64,000 bases of DNA, from contig CAXXKM010000001.1 of assembly GCA_963664435.2 (NCBI GenBank), positions 864,001-928,000 on the forward strand, written 5' to 3'. This document shows positions 9,822 to 18,877 of the stretch, in pieces; position 1 is the stretch's first letter; the number at the start of each line of letters is the position of its first letter. The position numbers and the translations under genes were made by a program. Below the pieces are notes generated by a model that saw nothing but the letters and a program-made list of their open reading frames with translations, had not been told where the DNA came from and made no database searches. The stretch is from Longimicrobiales bacterium. GTDB taxonomy: Bacteria > Gemmatimonadota > Gemmatimonadetes > Longimicrobiales > Gaopeijiaceae.

Positions 9822-11360
9822 CTATCCGCCCCGATCATGCACCTCCCTGGCAAAGCACCGCCAGTACAACTCCTCCACTCGCTCCACTTCATCCGGAGAC
9901 AGGCGCCTGAACTCGCGGGTGCGCGCCCGCTTGGACAGCCTCCCGCTAGTCTGCCGGAGAAACTGCGCCAAGAGGTTGATCGTCTTCTCCGGCATGTCTG
10001 CGGTTTCCTCCTGGACGCGTCTCGAAAACTCGTCGTATCCCTCAAGGTACGCGACTTCCTGGGGCAGATCCCGAGTCACGACCTCTCCAACGCACTTGTA
10101 GAGGTACTCGGCGTGGGCCGTCGCGTCGAAGAAGCGGTAATAATCGCCGGTGTCGTTCAGAACCTCGATGTTGTGCCGTCGCGTCGTACGCCAATCGACC
10201 AGGGGGAGCACCTCCCGGGCATAGCTGACGAGAACCTCACGGTAATCGGTGATCCGCCTCAGCATCGCGACACTCACCGGGAACACCAGGTTCGGCGGGC
10301 TGTAGCCGCCCCGGGCCAGCACGTAATGGATCATCCAGCGGTGCAGGCGTCCATTCCCGTCCTCGAACGGGTGGATGTAGACGAATCCGAACGACAGGGC
10401 GGCCGCCACGACGACCGGATCCGAGGGCGTTTCCGCGGCCTTGCGCGCGTACTCCACGATGCCCTGCATCAGGTCGGGCAGATCCTCCGGACGTGAGCTG
10501 ATGTGCGCCGGAATCGGATCCATGGTTGCCCGGTCACGCTCCCCGATCCACCCACCCTCGATCCTGAGCCCAAGCTGCACGAACCGCGCATCGCCGATCA
10601 CGATCTTCTGCAAACGAACGAGTTCGTCGACGGTGAGGTCGCGATGGCCGGCGCTGGCGGTTGCCCAGGCCCAACGCAGCCGTCGATCTTGCCGCGCGGG
10701 TTCGCCCTCGATCTCAAAGGACGCCCTGCTGTCGTCGTAGGGAAGAAGCTGGGCGGCGCGGCGGAGGATGTCAGGCTGGGTCCGTTCGACGATACGCCGA
10801 GCTTCCGCATCGAGGCCCATCCGCGCGTAGCGGTCGAGCTCGGGGGTCCTGCGCACCATCGGACAGAACCGCTGCGTACCCGGAAGATTGTTCCGGACTC
10901 GGTGGCGTCGCGAGAGCGCGCCGCTCTCGGGAGCGAACTGCAGCTCGGGATCAACCACCGGAACAGCCTTCACCTTGCCGGAGTCCGGCAGATCCAGCCG
11001 CACATCCATCAGCCACTCGTAGAGGAACCAGATCCGACGGGTGTACTTTCCGGTAGGCTTGTCGCGCACCATCCGGACGATGTCCGCTGGCCCGACTCGC
11101 CGGAAGAGCGCGCGCAGCACGGAGAGGCTGACGCCCTCCCATTTCACGGCGAACTCGAGTTGGCTCGCGAGGCTCTCTTCGGGTGCGAAACTCGGAGCGA
11201 ACATCCGCCAATGGCGCGTGGAGTCGGGATGATGGCGGTTGGCGATGGCTGCAAGGCGTGACGGAGGCGGAACCCGAAGATCGTAGTGGGCAATGAGAGC
11301 CCCATACCCGGCAGGCGTACCCGGCTCGGGCAGGGCTGGTCTTATCATCACTATTGGCAT
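9822..11360 (-). CDS. Fic family protein (AMPylase)
   Basis: Canonical HPFEDGNGRLHR motif. Confidence 0.9.
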   Translation of the reverse strand: MPIVMIRPALPEPGTPAGYGALIAHYDLRVPPPSRLAAIANRHHPDSTRHWRMFAPSFAPEESLASQLEFAVKWEGVSLSVLRALFRRVGPADIVRMVRDKPTGKYTRRIWFLYEWLMDVRLDLPDSGKVKAVPVVDPELQFAPESGALSRRHRVRNNLPGTQRFCPMVRRTPELDRYARMGLDAEARRIVERTQPDILRRAAQLLPYDDSRASFEIEGEPARQDRRLRWAWATASAGHRDLTVDELVRLQKIVIGDARFVQLGLRIEGGWIGERDRATMDPIPAHISSRPEDLPDLMQGIVEYARKAAETPSDPVVVAAALSFGFVYIHPFEDGNGRLHRWMIHYVLARGGYSPPNLVFPVSVAMLRRITDYREVLVSYAREVLPLVDWRTTRRHNIEVLNDTGDYYRFFDATAHAEYLYKCVGEVVTRDLPQEVAYLEGYDEFSRRVQEETADMPEKTINLLAQFLRQTSGRLSKRARTREFRRLSPDEVERVEELYWRCFAREVHDRGG

Positions 11361-11719
11361 GTGCAGGGAGACTCGTTCACCCCAATCCTGGACCGTGGCG
11401 CCTCCACAGCCACCCTCCTGTCTCGGCGATCGGGATCCCGTATCTTGGGAATCACCTTTTCCTGCACCGCACGGTACATCCTGCCACCGCTCGTGCTGCT
11501 GCGCCTGGTCCTTTCTCTCCCTTCCTTGTCTCCAGGCGCATGGCAGCTCGATGGGGCAGGCATGCAATCCCGGCGTCGATCACGTGAGGTGGGCTCACCG
11601 CAGTCAGGCTCTGCGGTCGCCGCCGTTTGTCCGGCCCGTCCCCACCGCCGTAACTTGCTCGTATCCTCGGTGGAATCCTGCCGGCCTCGATGCCCGGTAG
11701 CCGGTGAAGGCGGATACGC

Positions 11720-12550
11720 ATGGCTGAACCGACATCGGCAACGCTCCTCTTCCGACGCATCCTGCGCGAACCGACCTCCCATTTCGTGCTCCTGGCAGCC
11801 GTCCTGTTCGCCGCGAACGCGGCGCTCGAGGCGGGGCGGGGCAACGTCATCACGGTCGATCGCGTGCAGATCGACGTTCGGATCGCGGAGCTGGAAGCGA
11901 TACGCGGCGCTCCGCTGAGCCCGGAGGAGCGGCAGCTCGTCGAGGACGCGTACATCGACGAGCAGGTCCTCGTGCGCGAGGCTCTCGACATGGGGCTCGA
12001 GGCCGATCGCAGGATCGACGACATCCTCGTGCAGAAGATGCTCCATGTCCTGAGCGGGGATGTCATTCAGCCAACGGAGGACGAGCTCAGGGAGTTCTAC
12101 GAGGCGAACCGGGCGAGCTATACATCCGAGCCGACGCTCACCATCGAGGAGGTCGTCATCGCCGGGGACTCGCCCGCAGCCGGAGACCTGGTGGCCCGGC
12201 TGCGGGTCGGCGCGTCCGCCCTGGAACTTGCCGAGAGCTCCGACGCACGATCGTCCGTGTTGCGCGCGGTGACGGGCGGCGATCTGAGGAGGCTGTTCGG
12301 GCCGGTGACGGCCGAGCTCATCCTCAGCGCGAACACCGATGGCTGGATCGGGCCGCACGAGACCGTCCGAGGCCAGCACTGGTTCCGGATCGTCGAGCGT
12401 ACGACTCCCGAGCTCCCGCCCCTCGACAGCGTGCGCGAGCGGGTGCGTCTCGACTGGGTGGCCGACCAAGAGGCCGCGAGGCTCGACCAGGCGGTCAGGG
12501 AGCTGCGCGACCGCTACAACATCGTCATCGAGGAACCGGGGGAGCGATGA
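11720..12550 (+). CDS. PpiC/rotamase-like peptidylprolyl isomerase
   Basis: LREP..HF N-terminal anchor, EQVLVREALDMGL, WIGP...GQH; typical partner of HupE/UreJ genes. Confidence 0.8.
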   Translation: MAEPTSATLLFRRILREPTSHFVLLAAVLFAANAALEAGRGNVITVDRVQIDVRIAELEAIRGAPLSPEERQLVEDAYIDEQVLVREALDMGLEADRRIDDILVQKMLHVLSGDVIQPTEDELREFYEANRASYTSEPTLTIEEVVIAGDSPAAGDLVARLRVGASALELAESSDARSSVLRAVTGGDLRRLFGPVTAELILSANTDGWIGPHETVRGQHWFRIVERTTPELPPLDSVRERVRLDWVADQEAARLDQAVRELRDRYNIVIEEPGER

Positions 12551-13626
12551 TGAAGGTCGTTGGCCTCGGGGTGGCTCTCGCGCTCATCGGCCTGACCTCG
12601 CCGCCGCCCGGTCACGGCGTGGATGTCAGCGGGCCGTCGCCATCCGACCGCGCTGCGGCCGTCATCCCGACCTCCCTCCCCACCCACGACGTGGACGTCA
12701 CCTCCGTCGCCCGCGTCTACCTCGACCAGATCGACGACACCCGGTATGTGTTCTCGATCGTCGATACCCAGGTGTCGCCCATCATCGACTTGCGCGGGGT
12801 GCTCCCGGAGCGTTGCACGCCGCTGCCCCAGGAGGCCGCGGGCGTGCTCGTGAGCGCGGGCTTCGCCTTCGAGTGCGCCTCGGAGCTCACCTTCGATGAC
12901 GCCCTGGAGCTTCCGTGGTCGCTGGCCGGGGTGGTCGCTCTGGTGCGCTGGGGCGACGGCACCGAGGCGTCGGCCTACTTCCGGGGCGACGGCCGCTCCG
13001 TCCCCATCCGGCTGGCGGATCTGCGCGCCGGAGGCGGCACGACTGCTCGTCTCGCGGGCACGTACTTCATTCTCGGGGGAGAGCACATCCTCTTCGGGAT
13101 CGATCACCTGCTCTTCGTACTGGGACTGCTCCTGCTCGTCGGGGGATTCTGGTCGCTGGTCAAGACCATCACCTCCTTCACCCTGGCGCACAGCATCACG
13201 CTGGGGCTGGCGGTGCTCGGCTACGTGCCCGTGGACCGCGCGCCGGTCGAGGCCGCGATCGCCCTCTCCATCGTGCTGCTGGCCCGCGAGATCGTGGTCG
13301 GGCACCGGGGCCGGAAGAGCCTGGTGCACCGGTATCCGTGGCTGGTGGCCTTCGTCTTCGGGCTACTGCACGGGCTCGGGTTCGCCGGCGCCCTCGGCGA
13401 GATCGGGCTCAGGGCCAGCGACGTTCCGGTAGCCCTCCTGTTCTTCAATCTGGGCGTCGAGGCAGGGCAGCTTGCGTTCGTCGTGGCGCTGATCGCGCTG
13501 GCGAAGATCACCGGGCGGGCAAGGCAGATGGCCGTGCAGCGCGTCGAGCCCGTCCTTGGCTACGCGCTGGGCGCCTTCGCCACCTTCTGGTTCCTGGATC
13601 GCCTTCCGGCGCTCTGGGGCGCGTAA
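12547..13626 (+). CDS. HupE/UreJ family membrane protein
   Basis: GGEHILFGIDHLLF, FTLAHSITL, FGLLHGLGFA, FNLGVEAGQ. Confidence 0.92.
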   Translation: MMKVVGLGVALALIGLTSPPPGHGVDVSGPSPSDRAAAVIPTSLPTHDVDVTSVARVYLDQIDDTRYVFSIVDTQVSPIIDLRGVLPERCTPLPQEAAGVLVSAGFAFECASELTFDDALELPWSLAGVVALVRWGDGTEASAYFRGDGRSVPIRLADLRAGGGTTARLAGTYFILGGEHILFGIDHLLFVLGLLLLVGGFWSLVKTITSFTLAHSITLGLAVLGYVPVDRAPVEAAIALSIVLLAREIVVGHRGRKSLVHRYPWLVAFVFGLLHGLGFAGALGEIGLRASDVPVALLFFNLGVEAGQLAFVVALIALAKITGRARQMAVQRVEPVLGYALGAFATFWFLDRLPALWGA

Positions 13627-13734
13627 GTGCGTATGGGATGTCCGAGGAAATATGGGATGGACGAGTGACTTTGGTATGCGCGAGGGACCATGGGGCATCT
13701 CGCAAGACATGACAGATGTGAGGGAACTTGGTAA

Positions 13735-15468
13735 ATGACTAGACTTGAGGAACCGATTCGTCGCTTGCTGACTGGCGTTTTTCTGCTCTCGCTGCTCCTG
13801 CCCGCCGCCCGCGTTCAGGCTCAGGAGCCCGCTTCATTCGACGTGCTCATCACCGGAGCCCAGGTCCTGGACGGCACCGGAAACCCCTGGATCTACGCGG
13901 ATGTCGGCATCCGGGACGGGATGATCGCGGCCGTGGGCGACCTGGCCGACGCGCCGGCCGAACGGGTCATCGACGCCCGGGGCAAGGTGGTTGCGCCCGG
14001 TTTCATCGACCTTCATTCCCACGGCGCTCCAGGTCTGGCGTCGCCGGACGAGCGCCGCCGCGCCGCCACCAACCTGGTCACCCAGGGCGTGACCACCGTC
14101 GTCATCAACCAGGACGGCCGCAGCCCCGTGGACATCGGCGCGCAGAGGTCACTGCTGCAGAACCTGCGCACCGGTCCCAACGCGATCCTCATGGTGGGCC
14201 ACAACTCGATCCGCGCGGAGGCGATGGGCGACGACTACCGGCGGCTCGCGACGCCCGGGGAGGTGCAGCGCATGCGGGAGCTCGCGCGCGCAGGGATGGA
14301 GGCGGGAGCCTTCGGGATGTCGGCGGGACTCGAATACGTGCCCGGCCGCTGGAGCGACACCGACGAGGTGGTCGCGGTCGTGGAGGAGATCGTGCCCTTC
14401 GGCGGCGTGTTCATCGAACATGAGCGCAGCAGCGGCACTTCGCCGATGTGGTGGCGGCCCAGTCAGGACGAGCCCGGTCCGCCGACCATGCTCAATTCCA
14501 TCCAGGAGACCATCGAGATCGGCGAGCGCACCGGGGCAACGGTGGTCGCGACCCACATCAAGGCGAGGGGCGCCAACTACTGGGGATCGAGCGGGGCCAT
14601 CATCGCGGCGATCCGCCGGGCGCGGGACCGGGGCGTCGCGATCTTCGCGGACCAGTACCCGTACGCGACCAGCGGCAGCGACGGCAACGTGAGCCTCATT
14701 CCGGAATGGGCCGTGGGCGCGGCCGATGAAGCTGCGGGCGGCGGTCCGGACGCGGCACCCGACTACGCGGAAGCCTTGCGAGCAACCCTCGCAGACCCCG
14801 AGCGCGCCCGCATGCTCCGGCAGGACATCGCGTACGAGACCGAATTTCGGGGCGGCGCGGAGAACATCGTCGTCTTCGACTATCCGGACCGTACGCTGAT
14901 CGGCAGGAGCGTCGCCGAGATCGCGGACGAGCGCGGCATCTCGGCCGTCGAAGCCGCGATCCAGCTCCAGCTGGAAGGGATGCCGGACCGCCGCGGCGGC
15001 GGGCGCCTGCGCAGCTTCTCGTTCTCGGAGGAGGACATCGAGAACTTCTCTGCCCAGCCATGGGTGGCGACGGCCTCGGACGGTGGCATCTCACTACCCG
15101 AGGACGGGCCGGCCATCCACGCCCGCTTCTACGGCACCTTCCCGCGCAAGATCCGGGAGTACGCGCTCGATCGCGGCGTCCTCTCCGTCGAGAACGCCAT
15201 CCGCTCCATGACCACCCTGCCCGCGCAGATCCTGGGGCTGCGCAACCGCGGCCAGGTGCGCGAGGGCTTCGTGGCCGATGTCGTCGTCCTCGACCTGGAG
15301 CAGATCCGCGACATGGCCACCTTCACCAACCCGCACCAGTACGCGACCGGAATCGACTACGTGCTCGTCAACGGCAGCTTCGTTGTGGACGAGGGTGCAC
15401 CGACCGGGATGCTCCCCGGAATCGTGATCACTCCATCCGAGGGCAGGAGGCCGCCCGCAACAGATTGA
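13735..15468 (+). CDS. N-acyl-D-amino-acid deacylase-like amidohydrolase, secreted
   Basis: PGFIDLHSH, GLEYVPG, DQYPY, SDGG, HARFYGTFPR. Confidence 0.9.
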   Translation: MTRLEEPIRRLLTGVFLLSLLLPAARVQAQEPASFDVLITGAQVLDGTGNPWIYADVGIRDGMIAAVGDLADAPAERVIDARGKVVAPGFIDLHSHGAPGLASPDERRRAATNLVTQGVTTVVINQDGRSPVDIGAQRSLLQNLRTGPNAILMVGHNSIRAEAMGDDYRRLATPGEVQRMRELARAGMEAGAFGMSAGLEYVPGRWSDTDEVVAVVEEIVPFGGVFIEHERSSGTSPMWWRPSQDEPGPPTMLNSIQETIEIGERTGATVVATHIKARGANYWGSSGAIIAAIRRARDRGVAIFADQYPYATSGSDGNVSLIPEWAVGAADEAAGGGPDAAPDYAEALRATLADPERARMLRQDIAYETEFRGGAENIVVFDYPDRTLIGRSVAEIADERGISAVEAAIQLQLEGMPDRRGGGRLRSFSFSEEDIENFSAQPWVATASDGGISLPEDGPAIHARFYGTFPRKIREYALDRGVLSVENAIRSMTTLPAQILGLRNRGQVREGFVADVVVLDLEQIRDMATFTNPHQYATGIDYVLVNGSFVVDEGAPTGMLPGIVITPSEGRRPPATD

Positions 15469-15572
15469 GCGTCAGCAGCCCGTGAATCCACGGCGAGCCG
15501 CCGAACTCGGCGAGGCGCCCGACTGGCCAGGCGCCCCTCTGAAGGGCGAACAACTGCCGGGCGGGCTCGCGA

Positions 15573-17045
15573 TCAGCGCCGAGAACCCGACCCGTCCGTC
15601 CGCACTGCGCCCGGCCCGCGGATCACGCCCTCATCCCCGACAACCTCGATGCTCGTGCCGAACGGCTCCGAGAGGGCGGCCAGGAGCGTAAGGATCCGCT
15701 GCGCGTCCTCGCCCGAAGCGGCCACCGGCCGGCCACGCTGCGGGCGCGGCAGCCCGTACCCCAGCACCGTCGGCACCAGCCGGATCTCGTACAGCTCTCC
15801 CTCCCGGAACTCCGAAAGCGCCACGACTCCGTCCCACCAGTAGTCCGCGGCGGGGCGCCCGCCCCCGGAGGCCACTTCCCTGCCATCGTAGAAATCGGAC
15901 GGCAGGCCGCGGAACGCGTCGACGTCATAGCGGGCATAGTTGTCCCAGGGCTGGAATGGCGGGGTCTCGTTCTGGAACAGGAAGTCATCCAGGGAATAGA
16001 AGATCGGCTTTTCCTGGTATATCTCGATGCCGCGAAGCACGTGCGGACCATGCGCGTAGAAGGCATCGGCACCAGCATCGATCGCGGCTCGCGCGAACGT
16101 CACCAGCGCATCCGCGGGCACGTAGCTGCTCTCGTTGCAGTCGTCCTGATAGAGGCCGAGGCAGCCCGGCTCGTCCCCGGCCCGACCGGGGATGTAGTTG
16201 TTGCCGCCGCCCTGGTGGGTGTGGCTGGTCACGACCACCCAGTTGGCCTGCCGGCGGGCGTCGCGGACGGTGGCCAGCAGCTCCTGCAGGTCGCCCTGGT
16301 GCGGGGTCGTGATGGTTCGATATCCATCGCCCGACTCGAAGTTGCCCTGGATTCCTCCGACTCCCTGAGCGCGCGCCTCTTCCAGGCTCTCGTAGACATC
16401 GCCCGGCACCACGTACGTCGTCTCGAAACGCATCGGCGCCAGCCCGGGCCGCCCACGCAGGTCCGGACGCTGATGGCCGGCCCTCATGTGCTCCGAGAAG
16501 CTCGAGGACACGGCGATGAGCGCCACCCGGCCATCCATCGTTTCCATGTACGCAGGCGCCCTCGCGAGCGCGAGATTCTCGCCCGAGCCCGCGACCTTGA
16601 TCCCCGCCGCGGCCAGGGCCCGCTGCGTCGAGCGCATCCCGCCCGCACCCCAGTCCATGGTGTGGTTGTTGGCGAGCCCCAGCATGTCCAGCCCCATCCA
16701 CGCCAGGTCCCTGGCCAGGTCCGGATGCCCGGCCATGTACGTGCCCCCGCTCTGGGCCGAGGGGATGATGTCGGGGCCGTACTCGTGCAGCAGCATCTCC
16801 ATGTTGCCGAAGCCGACGGTGCTCCCCCCAATCAGGTCCCGCAGCTTCAGGAACTCCGGCTCATCATAGGGCATCAAAGCCCGCGTGATGATGAGGTCCC
16901 CCACCATCGCCATGGTGATGTCCCCTTCCCCGTCGCGATGCTGCGCCTCGGCGGGCGAGGCCGTGAGCAGGGGCAGGATGAGAAAGGAGAGGCGGAGTGC
17001 GTGTCCTGCCTGGATCCCGATTCGGGCCGAAGTCGATCCGCGCAT
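15573..17045 (-). CDS. CapA family metallophosphoesterase-fold protein
   Basis: VGD, GNME, LANNHTMDWG, HGPH, YSL motifs; signal peptide; AGGAGG RBS. Confidence 0.88.
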   Translation of the reverse strand: MRGSTSARIGIQAGHALRLSFLILPLLTASPAEAQHRDGEGDITMAMVGDLIITRALMPYDEPEFLKLRDLIGGSTVGFGNMEMLLHEYGPDIIPSAQSGGTYMAGHPDLARDLAWMGLDMLGLANNHTMDWGAGGMRSTQRALAAAGIKVAGSGENLALARAPAYMETMDGRVALIAVSSSFSEHMRAGHQRPDLRGRPGLAPMRFETTYVVPGDVYESLEEARAQGVGGIQGNFESGDGYRTITTPHQGDLQELLATVRDARRQANWVVVTSHTHQGGGNNYIPGRAGDEPGCLGLYQDDCNESSYVPADALVTFARAAIDAGADAFYAHGPHVLRGIEIYQEKPIFYSLDDFLFQNETPPFQPWDNYARYDVDAFRGLPSDFYDGREVASGGGRPAADYWWDGVVALSEFREGELYEIRLVPTVLGYGLPRPQRGRPVAASGEDAQRILTLLAALSEPFGTSIEVVGDEGVIRGPGAVRTDGSGSRR

Positions 17046-17225
17046 GTTCACCTCCTGCCGCGGGAAAGAGCCGACTTGCAACAGTCAGATTACGGCGCGG
17101 CGGGACGCGGCGGCAAGGGGGTTGGCGACAGACGCGGGACGACCATTGCGGCCTGGCTCGTCGCGTATCGCAACCGCACGGTCAGGTGCTAGGTTAAGGC
17201 ATCTGTCCCGCCTCCGGAGGATCCC

Positions 17226-17609
17226 ATGCGGTATCTCATCCTCTCCCTCCTTCTCGTATTCTCCCTCGAAGGCTGCGCATCCACGGGCAGCGGCCCCGGC
17301 ACCTCCCGCAACCTCATCACCCGCGCGCAGATCGAGGAATCGCAGGCGATCACGGCGTACGACGTCATCCGCGCACTGCATCCCCAGTGGCTTCGGGCCC
17401 GGGGTCAGACGGTGGGCCTCGCGAACGCGACGCCGGTAACTCCGACGGTCTTCATGGACGGCACCCGCATGGGTGAGCTGGACGTCCTGAACGCGTACCA
17501 GGTGCGCGACATCGAGGAGATCCGCTATCTCGATCCGGGCCGGGCCGCGAGTCGGTATGGGATGGGGTATCCGAGGGGCATCATCGAGATCATTTCGCTC
17601 AGGCGATGA
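17226..17609 (+). CDS. Small lipoprotein with a stand-alone TonB-receptor plug-like domain
   Basis: Lipobox LEGC; ITRAQI, PTVFMDG, DIEEIRYL, AASRYG, GIIEI. Confidence 0.75.
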   Translation: MRYLILSLLLVFSLEGCASTGSGPGTSRNLITRAQIEESQAITAYDVIRALHPQWLRARGQTVGLANATPVTPTVFMDGTRMGELDVLNAYQVRDIEEIRYLDPGRAASRYGMGYPRGIIEIISLRR

Positions 17610-17636
17610 ACGGTTTCGTGCCGGACCTGACGACCA

Positions 17637-18866
17637 GTGCCTGATTCCAGGTCCGTCCGCGGGCTGGCGAGTGGTCCTGGCCGGCGGCCGGCGCGGTCCG
17701 GGTGCGCCGCCATCCCCGCGAGGCGGGCAGACGGTCGGTCGAACTGGAGCATCGCGGGCATCCTCACCGCATGCGCCATCCTCACCGCGTGCGGCATCTT
17801 CGACGCGACCTCGCCGTTCGACGGCGACGGCAGCAACATTCCGCCCGTGCCCGAGGACTCCTTCTGCAGCATTCCCGAGGAACTGGTCGTCTCCGGGGGC
17901 GTGGGCCGGGACGGCATCCCGGCTCTCCGCAACCCGTCGCTGGTGCCCAGCCACCACGCCGAGGCCACCTACCTCGGGGAGGCCGACCGGGTGATCGGGA
18001 TCGAGGCCGACGGGCGCTTCATCGCGGTGCCGCACAACATCCTCTGGTGGCACGAGATCGTGAACCTCGACGACTTCGGGAGCCCCATCGCCGTCACCTA
18101 CTGTCCCCTCACCGGGTCGAGCATGGTCTTCGACCGCTCTGCCATCGAGGGTGCCGACCTGGGCGTGTCGGGCCTCCTGTTCCACAACAACCTGATGATG
18201 TTCAACCGCCGCAGCGACGGGACCCAGGAATCACTCTTCCCGCAGATGCTGCGGAGTGCTCGATGTGGTCCGCTGGACGGCCAGCCGCTCGAGTTGCTTC
18301 CGTCGATGGAGATGCGGTGGAACGCCTGGAAGGACCTGCACCCCGAGACCCTGGTTGTCTCGGGTATCCGGGCCCGCGGCGGGGACTACGAGAACTACCC
18401 CTACGCCGACTACGAAGTGGTCGACAACAGCCAAACCCTGTTCCCGAACCCCGAGTTCGACACCCGGCGGCCCCCCAAGGAGCGCGTTCTCGGTATTCCG
18501 CGCGACAACGGGCACGGCATGGCCTATCCGTTCATCGTGCTCGAGAGCAGGGGCGATGTCGTGGTGGTGCACGACGACGTGCAGGGGACTCAGCCGGTGG
18601 TGGTGTTCTGGTCCAGCCAGGCCCAGGCGGCGATGGCCTACGAGCCAATGGTCAACGGCCGAGACCTTGCCTTCGAGGTCCGCGACGGCGGGTTCTTCGA
18701 TGTGCAGACCGGCAGCAGATGGACCCTCGGGGGTCGTGCCGCCGACGGGCCTCTCGAGGGCTCGGCGCTCCAGCCGGTGCGCGACGCCTACGTGGCGTTC
18801 TGGTTCGCGTGGGCGACCTTTCACCCGAACACCGAGGTCCTGTCAGGCCCGCTCAGGATCTCCTGA
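17637..18866 (+). CDS. DUF3179 domain lipoprotein
   Basis: GRDGIPAL, WHEIVN, TYCPLTGS, GVSGLL, FWFAW; start uncertain. Confidence 0.88.
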   Translation: MPDSRSVRGLASGPGRRPARSGCAAIPARRADGRSNWSIAGILTACAILTACGIFDATSPFDGDGSNIPPVPEDSFCSIPEELVVSGGVGRDGIPALRNPSLVPSHHAEATYLGEADRVIGIEADGRFIAVPHNILWWHEIVNLDDFGSPIAVTYCPLTGSSMVFDRSAIEGADLGVSGLLFHNNLMMFNRRSDGTQESLFPQMLRSARCGPLDGQPLELLPSMEMRWNAWKDLHPETLVVSGIRARGGDYENYPYADYEVVDNSQTLFPNPEFDTRRPPKERVLGIPRDNGHGMAYPFIVLESRGDVVVVHDDVQGTQPVVVFWSSQAQAAMAYEPMVNGRDLAFEVRDGGFFDVQTGSRWTLGGRAADGPLEGSALQPVRDAYVAFWFAWATFHPNTEVLSGPLRIS

Positions 18867-18877
18867 CGGAGCACACG

